Source: the human T2T-CHM13v2.0 reference genome, Homo sapiens. Taken from it: a DNA stretch of 64,000 nucleotides. Positions 61,915 through 64,000 of this stretch are shown one piece after another. The position numbers and the translations under genes were made by a program. The notes below the pieces were generated by a model that searched no databases, was not told the DNA's origin, and worked only from the letters and a program-made list of their open reading frames with translations. The stretch lies in assembly GCF_009914755.1 (NCBI RefSeq), contig NC_060929.1; one strand, written 5' to 3'. Position 1 is the first letter of the stretch, and each line of letters starts with the position of its first letter.

Positions 61915-63425
61915 AGACTTCTTTCAGTTGGGAAATGGAGAGCACTAAGAAGAGCATCACCCACACACTTACAATAAGAAAAATTTAGACAAAATGCAAA
62001 TTAACAGCCTTTCTTGAGCCCAATAGAAAACTGAGGTTGCAGGACAAAATCCTGTCTCAAATATCGAAAAAGTCGAGAAGAGGTTCTTTCCTCTGAAAGG
62101 AGAAAAAGGATCCAAGTACTTGCTTACCTGCAACAGATGCTCCAGAATGTCATATAGATTGGTAAGAGGATCAAGCTAGAAATGTTTTAAAAACTACTAA
62201 AAACTGAATTTGTGCTAATAAGAAAATGTTTTTAGTTTTTCTAAAAGATAACCGAGGAAAAACAAACCATACTATATATTGGGTGTGTGCAGCATAAAAT
62301 GCATAACAATGATGGCACAGGGATGGGAGGGAGGAATTTGCTATATGTAATTACACTGCACGTGAAGTAGTATAATATTCTTTGAAGGTAACATCAGGTG
62401 ATTTTAAAAAGCATGTTGCAAATCCTAGAGTGGCCACAAAAATATTAAAAATAATATAAACAATAAGTCCACAAATTAGATAAAATGATATCACTTAAAA
62501 AGATGCTAAGTTAAAACCAGAGAGTGCAGAAAAATAAAAGAAGCAAAAGCGAATTGTAACAAATAAAAAATTACTAACAATATGTTCCGATTGAACCCAA
62601 CCATATAAATAACCATTTTAAATGTGAATAATCTAAATCTACTAATTAAAAGATAATTTTATGTTAGGTAAAGAATAATGATCCAACTATATGTGGTCTA
62701 TGAGAAACAGTAGAAATCTCAGCCATTGATAAGTTAGGGTAAAAAAAATGGAGAAGGTAAACCAGGATGGAGAAAGATAAATTAGGGTAGAGGATGGATA
62801 AAGATAAAAGTCACTAACCAAAAGAGGGCTGTTTTAACTATATTAATTTCAGAAAATTACACTTCTGAACAAGAAAATTTTTCAGAAATAAAGAGAAATA
62901 TTACATAATGCTAAAAGGGGTACATTTTCTACAAAGATTTCAGAATCCTAACTAGATATGCATCTATCAATAGAGTTTCAAAATACATACATGAGGAAAA
63001 ATGGATGGACCTGTAAAGAGAAGCAGATAAATCTGGAATTATAGTTAGAGGTATCTGCATGCCTCTCTCAGTAGCTGATAGAACTCAGTAGGCAGAAAGT
63101 CAGTAAGGAAATAGATGACCTGAAAAACACTTATCAACCAGTTGGATCTAAGAGTTGTAGAATATTCCACCCAACAACAGCAGAATATATTATCTTCCCA
63201 TGAGTAACTGAAATACATCAAGATAGACTGAGTTCTGGAACATAAGACAAATCTTAATGAATGTAAAATGATAGAAATTATATACAAAGTTATGTTCTTG
63301 GACTATGACAACATAAAGCTAGAAGTCAATTATAGAAAGTTATCTGGGAAATCTCCAAGTATTTATAAAGTAAAAAACGCATTTCTATATAACTCATGAG
63401 TCATAGAGGAAGTCTCAAGGGAGAA
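61915..63425 (+). mobile_element. Old L1ME 5' / inter-ORF / endonuclease remnant
   Basis: aaatgtgaataatctaaa, gatccaactatatg, gaatattccacccaacaacagcagaata and aagctagaagtcaat motifs. Confidence 0.7.
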
Positions 63426-64000
63426 TACTTTAAATTAGCTGCCTTTTCTCACAAGCTTTTTCATCATAGCTTTAAAGGGTAGTCCTAGATAGCAGTGGTG
63501 ACACATTGAGTGGTAAAGTTACACATCTGTGCTAAAGTTTTCAACCTCTTTTCTATAGAACCCCTGCCTATCTTCTCAGGATGGGTCTTCCACAAAATAA
63601 TTTTTAGGTGGTAATAAGTGTGGATGCCAGGCTTTGACCACTCACTCACCTTCCTTCCCTCCTAATTTTGGATGAAGTACAATTGTCATAGTTGGCGCTT
63701 AGGACAGGTATTGATTTTTAAATATGCTTTCTTTTTTTTCTGTTAAGATATAATGGTATGTGTTTAATTTGTGCTAGTGTTCTTAACTTCTTGATTGTAT
63801 TTATTTTGGAATAATTTGAGAGAAGGAGGTTCTGTCATTTAGTCTTTCTCTATACTTTTAATAAGAATGTTTTCCCAAGGATTTGCAGTTCTTTATTTTT
63901 AAATTATGCCATCTGTTGTTTATGGTGAGAAGCTTTTTGTTTAACGGAAACTTTATAGCATTTTGTAACAAGATTTCAATTTAATTAACTTGATTAATGA

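Overview
AT-rich primate (most likely human or great-ape) intronic or intergenic DNA with no recognisable host protein-coding gene, RNA gene or CRISPR array. A large part of the window is transposable-element derived: L1 fragments of many ages, Alus, MaLR/ERV solo LTRs (MST, MLT1, THE1-like, LTR12, MER52) and DNA-transposon relics (MER53, Charlie, Tigger4a, MER63). Nearly all long ORFs in the track are L1 ORF2 remnants or chance ORFs in repeats. The main oddities are: (1) a strand-specific A-to-G substitution cluster in the 3' end of an L1PA2-like copy, suggestive of ADAR-edited RNA fixed by retrotransposition; that copy also lacks TSDs and carries a stand-alone RT-domain ORF; (2) two independent twin-primed L1 insertions; (3) a templated copy of nearby unique DNA inside an old LTR; (4) a two-piece LTR/L1 filler insertion; (5) minus-strand candidate exons consistent with a + strand bias of the retroelements. 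I found no convincing novel multi-gene system. Subfamily names come from recalled consensus sequences and are approximate.
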